This document shows, piece after piece, positions 24,349 to 36,840 of a DNA stretch of 64,000 bases. Source of the DNA: Lama guanicoe (taxonomy: Eukaryota). The DNA lies in contig MU053881.1 of NCBI GenBank assembly GCA_013239625.1, positions 12,972,879 through 13,036,878 on the forward strand, written 5' to 3'. Positions within the stretch are counted from its first letter, which is position 1; each line of letters begins with the position of its first letter. The notes under the pieces are model-generated. The model searched no databases, was not told the DNA's origin, and worked only from the letters and a program-made list of their open reading frames with translations. A program made the position numbers and the translations under genes.

Positions 24349-24672
24349 TGCACTGCCTAATTTGGTAGCTACCAGATATATGTGACTACTGAATACTTAA
24401 AATGTGCCTAGACAAACTGATTTGTTCTGGAAGTGTAAAACATACAGTGGATTTTAGATAGTACCAAAAAAAGTAAATATCATCTTATTAATACTTCATG
24501 GTGATTTCATATTGAAATGGTAATATTTTGACATATTGGGCTGGATAAAATCTATTATTAAAATTAATTTCTCCTGTTTTAAAATTTTTATTTAATGTGG
24601 CTACTAGAAACATAAAACGGCATATATTGCTCACATTTGCGGCTGGCGTTCTATTTCTGTGGGATGGCACTG
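24349..24672 (-). mobile_element. MER33 (hAT-Charlie DNA transposon)
   Basis: About 320 bp; aatgtggctactagaa and attaaaattaatttctcctgttt match the reverse complement of MER33. Confidence 0.75.
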
Positions 24673-26019
24673 GTCTAGGGAGTTTACTCTGTTCCATCCA
24701 TAGCCTGAGAATCTGGTAATGTCAACAGAAGAAATGCTTTTCTGTTATCTTTTCACAGAAGAGACATTTACTAGGTGAGCTTAAGAAAGAAGGTGCTTAA
24801 CGAGTTCTGGGATTGATTTTTATTTCCTTCACTTCCCGTGACACAAAGTGGATTGTATTTTACTAATGTCATGAGGCAAACATAATTTTTATAAAAATGA
24901 ATCTTAATGGGATTTAAAGGTGAATGGATAGCCACCCATTTTCACGTCAAGGCTAAAGATCACTCGTGAAAGAAAAATCATGATTTCTAAGGTTTGGAAG
25001 AGTTCTTGAAGTTAAGATCTTATGAAACTCACTTTGCTGGAAGGACAGAATTAAGACCTTGAAACACTAATTAAAAAACCAAGGGGTTGGCTTTCTCAGA
25101 ATATTCCCAAATTAGAATCTGGATCTTGTTTCTTTTAGAAATTGTATGGAAACTTGGTCAAATAAGATTCAGTCTCTGTGGCATCTGTATGACCTAATAC
25201 AGCATTTATTATTCATTGATCAAATCTGTACATTGGTGTCATCACCTTACTTAGTGAACCTAGACTTTGGGGGGAAAAAAAGGTAAAATTTAAGTTTATG
25301 TTTCACTCTGGAATTCCCAGCAGTGAGAATTACTGAGTTTCATTCACATTAGGATCTAATAGTACTTATTCATCATGCCTCATTTCTTCTTCAGATCAGT
25401 TCAGAGTAGGTTTGCCTTGGAGAACAACATGTGGAGTCTTTGGAAGTGACAAATGTGCTGTTGAGGGATATTAATCAGATAAAATTTAAAAGACATTTGT
25501 GTCTGGCCTTAAAGTCTTTGGTCTGGAACAAATGGCAGTCAGAATCACGCAGTCCAAAGTGTTGGAATATGATCAGGAGTTTGTGTGACTGACCGGGCAT
25601 CTGTCGTATGTGACTCTTGTGCATCTGCCATTTAAAAGATGAGGGTTCTTTTATTTTCCGTTAAATTTATAGCTGGATATAGTTTACATTTCAAAGGTGG
25701 ATTTTTAATTGGTGAGAATGAAACACCTTGACAACGTTTAGACGATTCCAAAACCTTGGGGAATCAAATTTTGTTTTCAGTTCTCAATTCTCTTTACAGT
25801 TTTGGCCCTTTAGTCCATCTTTGAAAAAATTAATCTCAGAAATAAAAAGACAATTATACAGCTAACCATTCCCACTTCTTCACATTTTCAGATCATCTGA
25901 AAGTTTGATCAAACATGAAACGTGAAATAAGAGAGATCCTCCTCTAAGACCTCTGTAGGAGTGGGTAGTTTCCGGATATCTTAGTGGTGAAAACAAGATA
26001 GTTGGGAAGTTTGAAACAG

Positions 26020-27490
26020 ATTCAGACACACATTTTATATGTTGTCAGAATTACTCAGTCCAAAACTGTTGTTACAATATATTCTGGTGCTTGTAAAGTA
26101 TAAAGTAAGATGTTTTATTCATTATAAATATGTGGAATATTTAGAAGAAAAGATAAAGAGAATATCTGCATGCCTTGGGGGATTAGTAATGATTTTTAAA
26201 AATTGGGTGAAAGTGCTAAAAAGAAAAAAATAGAATATATTAAATTTAGAAATTTTACTAATCAAGGAACACCACTAACAGAGGAAAAGAGGTAAACTAT
26301 TTGGTAAGAGAATATGTCTTTAATACATATTTCAAACAAAGGAGTTGCATCCAGAATACATTTAAAAATCTCAAGTTAATCAGAAAAAGACATATCTCAT
26401 AGAGAGTTGGGCAATTGTATTGTATAGGTACTTCTCAAAAGACAGTATCCAAATGGCCAGTGAATACGTAAAAAAGTTTTCAACTCCACTAGTTATCAGG
26501 GAAATGCAAATTAAAATGGGAAGAAATACCATAGCACATCACTAGAAGAGCAAAATTAAAAAGACAGGGACAAACACGAAGTAATTTGATGAATTACAGA
26601 AACTCAAAATGCCTGTACACTTCTGTTTGGACTGTAAAAATCTCAACCATTGGAGAAACTCTTCTGCAGTATCTACTAAATCAGAACATGTACATATAAT
26701 ATTGAGCCCATCAGTCTGACTGTACTCACTGAAATGTCTGCCTGTGTTCACCAAAGAAACAGGTGATCATAGAAGCAGCATTTGTAATAACCACATAACT
26801 GGAAATGACTCCAGTGTGTTTCTAAGTAGAATGAACAAATAAATGATAGTGTATACATACACTGAAATATTATCCAGCCAAGAGAATGAGTGAATAATGA
26901 TTAAGTAACATAACGTGGATAGATCTCATAAGCATTAGATTGAGCAGAAAATGTCAGTCACACACACACAAATGCAACAGGACTTCATTATATAAAATAG
27001 AATAAATTTGATAGACATACGGGAAAAATAGATACTGATACATAAAAATCAATTTTAGATATATCAAATTGTAAAATACTTCTGGAAGGAAGCATAGCAG
27101 AAAATTTTCATTATCTGGAGATGGACAAACATTTCCTAAACTGGACTCCAGAAGTCACTAACCATAAAGAAAAACAAAATTCTGATTGGAATTTCTTAAA
27201 AGAAGGAATTCTTACTAATTAAGAGACATAATTAAGAGAGTGAAAAAATGAGACTAGCGGGGAAAAATTTTGTAATATTTTTATGCAAAGAAGGACATGT
27301 ATTTGGAAATATATATGTATTTACTAGTTTTATATACACTACAGTCAACGAGAAGAAGGAAAATAATGCAATAGAATATCTGAACAGACTTGATTTTTAT
27401 TTCACAAAAGAAGATTTCCAAATATCCAATAAACATGTGAAATTGTACTCAGAAGCATTAATTTTTAGGAAATGCAAGTAAAACCATGAT
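26020..27490 (+). mobile_element. Old L1M 3' region fragments
   Basis: cagggaaatgcaaattaaaa and ccaataaacatgtgaaa motifs. Confidence 0.7.
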
Positions 27491-27493
27491 AAG

Positions 27494-27940
27494 ATAAAAC
27501 ATTGCCATTTGCAGCAACATGGATGGACCTAGAGAACATCATTCTAAGTGAAATGAGTCAAAAAGAGAAAGAAAAATACCATATGGTATTACTCATTTGT
27601 GGAATCTTAAAAAAGAAAAAAAGAGAATTCTGATGAACTCATCTGCAAAACGGAAACAAACTCACAGACATAGTAAATAATCTTATGGTTACCAGCGGAA
27701 AGTAGGTGGGGAGGGATAAATTTGGGAGTTTGAGATTTGCAAATGTTATCCACTGTATTTAAAAACAGATTTTAAAAAATTCTTCTGTATAGCATAGGGA
27801 ACTATATTCAGTATCTTATAATAACCTTTAATGACAAAGAGTGAAAATAAATATATGTATGTATATGCATGACTGGGACATTGTGCTGTATACCAGAACT
27901 TGACAATTGTAACTGACTATACTTCATTAAAAAAAAAAAA
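27494..27940 (+). mobile_element. Young L1 3' end nested at old L1M
   Basis: gccatttgcagcaacatggatggacctagag...poly(A). Confidence 0.85.
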
Positions 27941-29716
27941 GATACCTCTTCTGGATCTGTTTCTGCAGTTTTAAAAAGAGGGCTAAATCATATTGTTAAA
28001 AAAAATTATGGAAGAAAAATTTTCCAAATATTTGCAGTCAAATGAACTAAGGTGACTTTTGAAGGTCCAACTTTTGGAATCCTAGTCTTGATTTTGACTA
28101 TATACTTTGCAGTCATTAACAAGGAGGAGAATTTCTTGCAATTTATGTGCTATTTCTCATTTTCCAGGGGAATAGTGTAGGAAGGCTTTTTCTATAAAAG
28201 AAACTATAAGTACTAACATGGAGTATCTTGGGAAATAGTAACTTCACTATCCATGGAATATTCAAACAGGATGAGTGGACATCTGAGAGGGATGCTGTAA
28301 TGGAGTTTTTGACATTGCTTAATAAATTGACTTTTTGACCAAAAAAACCCTTCTAACTCTGATCTTCTATTTCAGTAACTTGTACAATCCAAAATCAGTT
28401 TTAGAACTTTCTTGGTGCCAAGAAATCCAGATTTAAAAATGGAAAAATATTTATCTGTGTTGTTTTTCACTCTGTGCTATATTTTCAAATATGCGCCTAT
28501 TTAATATTGTATAGACATAGTTAAAACACCATCTGTGTGCATTCCAACATTTTTCTTGAAATGCATCTAATATCTTCTCTGAAATATTAGCAAAAAGTCA
28601 ATCCCCAAATAGTTTTAATATATTGACTCAGTTTTTAATACCAGTTTGATTTTTTTAAAATACATTTTCCACCTTTATTATAGTTGTTCTCTTAAATAAT
28701 TAAAAGTTTAATAATAAATTTATAATTTTTCAGATTGACTGTAAAATATTAGCCGCAGAAGACTGCAGCATCTTCAGTGTATCTAGGCCTATACCCTGTC
28801 TGTATTTAGAAAAATATTTCAACAAATTGAAGAAAAAAGATTGAGTCATTCATTGTCACATTCATCGCACATGTTGGTGTTTCGTGATGTGTGAGTGTAT
28901 GAATCAGCATTATTTTTCAGTGAAATGTCTGGAAACAACCGGCCTTTATAGTCATTAAGAAGAGAAAGATAGCTGAGCATTATGAGAAAACCAGTATAAA
29001 TTGAGCCTTGTCTAGCGTAAATTTCTTAGATGATTATTTTGGAAATTTGTGTTTATTTTTCTGCTGTAGTCCTCTGCTGGATTTAGGTCAATCCTTATTG
29101 CTTCTGTATCATAATTTCTAAATTGGAAACGGTCTGTGTAAATAAAATGTCACTTTTAATTAATAACTATCACTAACCTTTCCCTACAGTCTTAAAATAT
29201 ATATTTCAACTGATTGATAATTCATCAGGTTATAATCGTATAGCAATATTCTCATTTCGCAAATAGCTTAATAGTTACTGCTTTAATAGAATCCCAATGA
29301 TCTCTACCTTTGGCCAGTAAAGGAATAGTATTGTGTACCTACTGAAGAATCAGAGTCCATAGGTATTTCTGTCTTCAGATGACCTCCCATTGGCTTTAGG
29401 ATCCCAGAATCCTCAGTATTAATGTTGTGCCTAGTAAGTACTAGATGCATTCTAGTTACTGAGAACACAGCAATTAACAAACAAGATCAAATTGTCTGCT
29501 CCTTGGAGCTTGTATCCAAGTGTGTGTATGTGTTGGTCGGGGACAGAGTGGCAAATTCAGCAATAAACACACACAATCACATTCTCCCACACAGAAATCA
29601 GACTTTAAATGAAAACAGAGCTTCATAAAAGGAAGCAGTGGGAGTGGAGGAGCTGTGGTTTTAGATAGAGAGATTGGGGGAGGCCCCTCTATAAAGAAAC
29701 ATTTATGCAAACATCT

Positions 29717-30213
29717 TGTGGTAGATTGCATTACTGGTCCTGGTCTCAGTTCTTTACCTATCCCTATATCCACATCCTTTGCCACATTACTTTGTAGTTT
29801 CTGCCACCAAAGGAGGAGTCCTCTACCCTGCTTCTTGATTTTGGACTCAGTGATGTGACTTGCTTTGGTCAATGGGATGTTAGCAGATGTGGACAAAACA
29901 AAGGCTTGAAATATGCTTGTGCATTGAGGGGCAGTGCATTGTGGCTCTACCATTTGCATGAAAGTATTCCTTCTAGATCGCTATTGTCCCTTCCCCTGGG
30001 GCCACAGACGGCCTCTACATGGAACATGCATGAGCTTAACTCACAGTGGGAAGCCCAGTCCTGCAGGGCCCACAGTTTGAAGTAGAAACCACAGACAAGC
30101 CCAGTCTAATTTATTTGACCTGCAGAAAATCCACACACTCATGAGAGACTAAAATAATGCATTAAAGCCTCTGAGTTTTGCAACAGTTTATTATCCAGTA
30201 ATCGTTTTTATAC
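29717..30213 (+). mobile_element. MLT1H-like LTR
   Basis: tgtggtagattgca start; gtgacttgctttggtcaatgggatgttagcaga; ggcttgaaatatgcttg. Confidence 0.7.
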
Positions 30214-30388
30214 ACACCTGGAAGTCATTGGAGAGGAATGACGCAGATCTCTAGTTAAAAATTAACCAGACAGAAGGAGCAGCAACAGCAGATGTCCTGA
30301 GGAGGGAGTGTGTGTGTGGTGTTCAAAGTCGCAGGGAGGATTGTGGCTCTCGTAAAGCGAGCCATGGATCATTGTTGTTATTGTTTCT

Positions 30389-30911
30389 TGTATCATCATT
30401 CTCACTGCCCTGCAGCCAAAGACCTCCAGGAACATACCTGTAGTTGAACAAGTTGGGTTTATTATTGGTTTCAGGACAGGAGAATACACATCATGGGAAA
30501 CCATAGACTGTCTCAGGAAGAGGGTGTTAAAAAGAGCCTCTACAGGATTTGAGTTCTGGTCAGGTAATTGGAGTAAGGTCTGAAGAAGTGGGAAGTTCTC
30601 TCTAGACTGGATGTGGCCAGAAAGGGAGGGTAGTTCTGTGGTCGGGTGTCTCAAGAAATATTACCCACAGGGAGGCAAGAGGAGAATGAGGAGAAGTTAG
30701 GCTGACTAGGAAGCAGTGTTCATCTGTGGGTAGTCTATTGACATTGTTTTCTTTGTGCTTAGATGCATTTTATCACCGTCTCATAGTAACCTTGGCTCAG
30801 GGTGGTATTTTGAGAGAATGTTTGTGTCTAGTGGAAAAACATGGTCCAGCTGTGAGTGTCAGGTCAGCTTCTGAATGTCAGAAGCTGAATTTTTTTTTTC
30901 ACTCTCTCTCA
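30389..30911 (-). mobile_element. ERV1 solo LTR (MER90/MER110-like)
   Basis: ccaggaacatacctgtagttgaacaagttgggtttatt; TG...CA ends; paralogous to 41857-42427. Confidence 0.65.
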
Positions 30912-32387
30912 TGCTTATCATTCTCACGGATAGCCCCAGGATTCTGACACCAGTCCCATAAGAAATTCTTCAACAAAAATGATCAGAAGAGCATCTGTTG
31001 TTTACTACCAGTGTGACTAAGTACAGCAGGATCCAGCAGCCCCCCCCACACACACACTATACAACATCCTTATCAGTTCTGTAGTATCTTGAAATATCAA
31101 CATATCAGAGACACTGATTAGATGACCACGAGAGAAGTCACACTTCCTCATGTTCTGTAAACTCTTCTTAAATCAAAGTGTAGGTGAACTATTATGTTTC
31201 AGGTGCTGAGTGTTCAGTGAGTAAAGCAAAGCCCCTTCTCTTACAGGCTTCAGAGTAAGTGTACACATTAAAATAAATTATATGCTGTAAAGGGATTGCA
31301 GAGCAAGTATCTGTGTTGTTTTGCAGTAAATCAACTTACAAAGAGCATGTGAAACAAAAATTGTGTATCATTACCGTTATTAAGTTGTATTATTAATAGA
31401 GCATCAAATATAGATTACATTTTTCAACAATGTAAACTAATAATTAGCCAGACAAATAGTAGCAAAAACTCATCAGTCTCCCAGTATCACAGTAGTCAGT
31501 AGCTGTGGGAGGAACATACATAAAAAAAAAAAAAAAAAATCTGAGTTTTTAAAAATTAAACTGAACGATTAGAATCAAGGTAAAATATAAGATACCTGAA
31601 ATATCAGGTAAAATATATCAGTCATTTTGTGAATGTGCTAGTTACAGTATGACTTCCTTCCTCTGAAAGTAAGAGAGCACTCAGCAGCCATCCAGTAAAC
31701 TTCTGTTTCCGTTAATTCAGAAATGTAGACGTTACAGTCTACTAATCATTTAAAAGTATTCTTACACAAAATTTATGAATTCAGAATTTTATTTTGTTCC
31801 AATTTTAATTAGCTATAACTTGACTAGTATAAGCCTGACCTTATTAGTTTATAATAACAAGAAAATTGATGGATTGGGTAAAGTCAGTCTCAGGTAGCTG
31901 ATGCACTGGACGTGGCTTCAGATTCCAGTCCCATTCCTGTATGTACTGAAATCATCAACTTTGCTATTCAGTTTTGTCCAGGAAAGAATAAACATAAATC
32001 AAATGCCCTCCTTTCTACAGGAAGCCAATATACATGTTGCCCAAATCATATTTATTTCTACTAGTAGGTCTTAATCTGATGGGAGCTAAGAATGATAATT
32101 AGGACTCTTAAATTTTGAATAGAAATTTTTTTTTGAAAATTGTATCTTCAGAAAATGGAGACTTAATTCCTATGTATTCCTGCTTGCCCAGTTGACTTTA
32201 TTGATAGAGATGGTATTACTAGAACTTAGGAACAGGCATATGGAAAACTACACGTCTGCTGTTTTGTAAGTCTATGAAGGCAAGCTCAAATTTAATGGCT
32301 GGAAGATTCCTTAAGAGTCCATTATGCCTGGAGAGCAAATGGCAAGGCTTGTAGACTGGACCGTGATATTTGCCCCACACGTGGCTT

Positions 32388-32468
32388 TCCCTCCCTCCTT
32401 CGCTCGCTCGCTTCCTTCCTTCATTCCTTCGTTCCTTCCTTCCTCTTCCCTCCCTCCCTTTCCTCCTT
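32388..32468. repeat. (TTCC/CCCT)n low-complexity tract
   Basis: Read directly from the sequence. Confidence 0.85.
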
Positions 32469-32511
32469 TAAGTAATGCTCAAGAATTTCAAATTGCTTTT
32501 TCTGTGTGGAG

Positions 32512-33008
32512 TTTTTAAATTGAAGTATAGTTAGTTTACAGTGTTGTGTTAATTTCTGGTGTATAGCACAATGATTCAGTTTATATACATACATATATAT
32601 ATTCCTTTTTCATATTCTTTTTCATTATAGGCTATTACAGGATATTGAATATAGTTCCCTGTGCCATACCCTAGGACCTTTTTGTTTTATCTATTTTATG
32701 TATAGTAGTTAGAATCTACAAATCCAGAACTCCCAGTTTATCCCTCCACCCCCACCCTTTCCCGGCTGGTAGCCATAAGTTTGTTTTCTATGTCTGTGAG
32801 TCTATTTCTGTTTTGTAAATGAGTTCATTTGTGTCTTTATTTTTTTTTTTTAGATTCCACATACAAGTGATATCATATGGTATTTTTCTTTCTCTTTGTG
32901 GCTTACTTCACTTAGTATGATAATTTCCAGGTCCATCCATGCTGTTGCAGGTGGCATTATTTCATTCTTTTTATGGCTGAGTAATATTCCATTGTATATA
33001 TGTACCAC
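32512..33008 (-). mobile_element. Young L1 3' end
   Basis: Reverse complement of the same L1 3' UTR and ORF2 end (ORF track AWMDLEIIILSEVS). Confidence 0.85.
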
Positions 33009-34299
33009 TACTTGACCCAGAACTTTAGATTTCTGGCTTCTCATGAAGAATTAAAATGTGTCCTTTGCAGGCCTGTGTTTCTGCATGACTGCTGTCAGCC
33101 AAAGCTGAGTGCTAGCTGCTCTTTCTGCTCATTTATGTTCCTGCCTGTCTTCTCCCAGATTTTGGTTTTTGATGTCTGATTCCATCTAATACCTTGCCTC
33201 CAAGCATTAAATTATTCAAGAGAAACACATGCTGTCTTCATATTCCCCACCATCCTCTCTTTCTCAGGGTCTTGAAGTTCTACATTATCTATATAAAATA
33301 AATCTTTCTTTTGATAAGTTGAGTACATTTTCTCTGAATATAATTTACATGACTATAGATAATACTGTCTGAGTCATAATATCCCTCTTGGGTTAAAGAC
33401 AGATGCTCGGTCACATAATTCTTTTTTAATGTTCCTATGCTTTTTGTTTTCCTTCCTTTAAATGCGAGTAATCATGATTTCACCCATCCTCTGATGGGCT
33501 CTGGTGTTTAGTGAAATAATAGTGAGTAGGAAGTTTATTGCAGCTAGCAGACTCATTTATTTTAATACCATACTTGAGAAATAGTTAAACTTGTTCTACA
33601 GGGAAGTTTCCAGCCCCTGCAAGTTGAGCAGGGGAGTGCATGGGGGTCACTACTCATGTTGTAAAGCAGGGAGCCTTTGCTGTAAGTGTTTATATTCCAG
33701 CTGCTGTGACTGACCCTGAGAGTCCCACAAATCAAAACAGGATCAGGAAGTAGCAAGAGGGCTTCATGCCCAAAGGAAAATTCAAGTGATTCCAAAGTTC
33801 CAGGCAAATGATTAAAATGACAAGCAATTATATCAGAATATGTTACTAAACATTGCTAGAGCGCCTTTCTCTTTTTTTGTGTGTTATGCATGTAACATAT
33901 TTATAATTTCTAAATAAATTTATCAAAATTATGCATGCCTACATTTAAATAGTCACATTGTTCTAAATGTTTTATTTCAGAATAAGTACTCCTTCAGTCA
34001 TTCCTACCCCCAATTTTTGATCCCTAGAAAAAAACATTTTTTACCCTTTTTGTGTGAGAGAGACCATTCTGTTTTGAAATAGCATATGTAGGTTGCTGCT
34101 TCTTGGTTTTTCCAGGTAGGGATGTCTTTCCCAGTGTAGAAAATGAATATTTAGCTCCCTTTTTACCACCTCCATCTCTGCCAAACACACATACACTTCC
34201 ATCTCTCTTTTCTTAATATTATAGTTGTTCCATCATTTTGTTTAGGTCAACAGTGCTAAGTCTGTTGCAGACATTTTTAGTGTGTTTTTTATGTGTTAG

Positions 34300-34490
34300 A
34301 CATTTTCTACAAACTTTACAAATATTAATTTATTTAATTCTCAAAACATTTCCTACCCTAGGAGGTAAATACCATTTTATGTACCTTCTACAGAAAGGAA
34401 ACTGAGGCACAGAGGGGGTGAGTTCTGTTCGTAAAGACTTTTGTGCTTCAGGCCCAAGGAGTCTGGTTCCAGAGCCCATGCTGAACTGCT
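34300..34490 (-). mobile_element. MIR
   Basis: ggaaactgaggcacagagg core. Confidence 0.65.
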
Positions 34491-36432
34491 AGGTTTCATT
34501 GTTCCTCAATTGTCAGTGTTTATATTATGACCAAGAAACTGCTGGAGGGGATGGGTTCTTTCTGAGGGACAGAGGAAGCCATTAGAGGGTTTTGTACAAA
34601 GGAGTGGCATCATATGGCTTAAAATTTTTTTTAAGTCACTTTGGTACTGTGTTAAAAATAGATGGTCAGGAAATAAGTGTAAGATGTGCAGTGTTGAGGC
34701 AGAGTGAGGAATAAAGGGCCATCTTGCCTTGAACTGAGTAGATTTGAGAGCGAATTCACACTTTGAAGGGTACACTGAAGACAGATTTTAAAGGCTTTAA
34801 ATTATCAGTCGAAAGATTTTTCTGTTTTATACTGTAGTCAACTTATTAAAAGTTATCACTGAAACATATAACCATATACAAAAGGGAGCTGAAGAGACAG
34901 CACTGATGAGTTTGCAGGAAGGGAGATCACCAGGGACTGGGGTGGTCAGGAAAAGACTGACAGCTTGTCACACAGGGACCTTCCAGACCCCAAACTGCAT
35001 TTGGCTCTTTGAGCAGCCTCATTACCGTCACCCACTCTACCCCCTGGTCCTTGAGGACGAAGAAAGATGAGTTGTGGCCAAAGCCCAGAACACAGCCAGC
35101 CTCACTGGTTGGAGAGCTGCTCTGCCATTAATCATTTGGACTGGGCACGCGCGGAGGATGGATGATCTCGGAGGCTGAGGGAAGCTGTTGAAGAGAGCTG
35201 AAGCAGAACAGCTGCGGGCCAGGAAAGTAGAAGACTTGTTTTTGTCTTTCCCTGACATTCAGTGAAGCCCGCTGAGATGCGCTGTGAAAGTCTGGGAAAT
35301 GGTGGCATCTCCCAGACAAGTCTTAGGTATGGAGTATCGAAGAGGCTGTTCGTAGGCTAAGGCTCAGGCAAAACCGAATCTGAAGAGGCAGGATTGTGAC
35401 TGAGACCACAAGTTAAGTTGTCCTGGATACCGGAGCTCACCTGCCTCCAGTAGCCATGTCCTTTTAGGTCCCCTGCATAGGGACATGCATGTGAGGGAAG
35501 CAAAAAAATAAAAGTTTAATTTGAAAACTTAGTAATATTTTATGAACTACATGGTGCTCCCCAAGGGATGAAAGTCAAATAATTTCCTGGTATTAACCCA
35601 GACCCAGGGAAGGAGACTTTACAGATTATATAAAACCCAATATTCTATAATATTTTCCCACTGTCCTTCCGATTTCGTCACTCCAATCCATTAAAGTACT
35701 TGCTTCTTTATAATTAATATCAGACCTCACACATACCAGACCTCTACCATGTTAACTTCTTAACTAGAGAGATTAGAGCGGACGCTTGGCCATTATCATA
35801 TTTGGCGCTCACAGGGAAGGGGAGGAGAAAAGGAACCACAAGCTACTCGGCATCTATTCTGTGACAAATACACTGCAACCGTCAGTGGTAGGAGGTATTT
35901 TTCCCATTTTACACAGGAAGGAGCATGACAGTTGGTGAGACTTACCCGCGGTGTACAGTTAGCACATTAATAAACTGGAACTTCAGGAGTGGTTTGGTTG
36001 TCTTCAGATCTCACGCTCCTTTTTCCATTTCTCCTTTCTCTCACTCCTGTTTTCTTCCTTCCCTCCCTCTTTCGTTCCTTCCTGCCTTTCCTAACCATTT
36101 ATTCAACCAGTATTTTTTGATGCTCTGCCTTGTAGTAGCCATGACTTTAACCATTGGTGATACAGTGATTAATCATTTATATCCTTAAGTTGCACAACAC
36201 GTGGAAGAGGATGCAGAAAGTAAGCAGACATCTGGAATAGACTGTGACATGGGCTACAGTAAGGGAAGAACTGAGTTCTGTGGGCGAGAGTCCATCAGGA
36301 GAAGTTTCCAAGAAGACACTTCAGCTAACACTGGGGTGAGGGGTAAAACATATTAAGAGAAATAGAGTGTAAGTCTGTTTCAGGTACAGGAAACAGTGTA
36401 TGTGAAACTGTATACGAGAGCACTGACGGCCA

Positions 36433-36840
36433 TGGTGGATGCTGTCTTTGAGAATGAAGAATTTGGTCCCCTCGCTGCTAGAAATTCTGCCAGTAGACAG
36501 ACCTAAGCAGACAGTTGTCTGAGGGAAGTGCTTTTACTAAAGATAATTGCCTTGTTCAGGGTCACACCTTTTTTCCTAAAGGTGTTCAATGACTGATCAA
36601 CAGGAAGTATAAAGAGCCAGCTACCACTCTCCAAGTCAGTGCAATTATGAAGGACAGTCCCATCTTCAGAGCTCTCCATGGGGTTAGCTGCAGCCTTCAC
36701 TGAGACTGCATTGCAGTTCAGTTTATCGGTCTGTCCAGTCCTGCTTCCTTTCCGGACCTTCCACGGGCATGAATCCCAAGAGACCTAAACAAGCCTCCAG
36801 AACTCAAGAGTCTGCTTTCTTAGAAATTCAGTCTGCACCA
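36433..36840 (+). mobile_element. LTR16C-like ERVL LTR
   Basis: caatgactgatcaacaggaagtataaag...cagagctctccatggggttagctgcagccttcactgagactgcat. Confidence 0.7.

Noticed and set aside
29474..29959. Longest ORF (161 aa) and other 100-145 aa ORFs (30262, 52995, 58343, 2365) as genes
   Set aside because: They lie in LTR/L2 sequence or show no recognisable domain; several use non-ATG starts.
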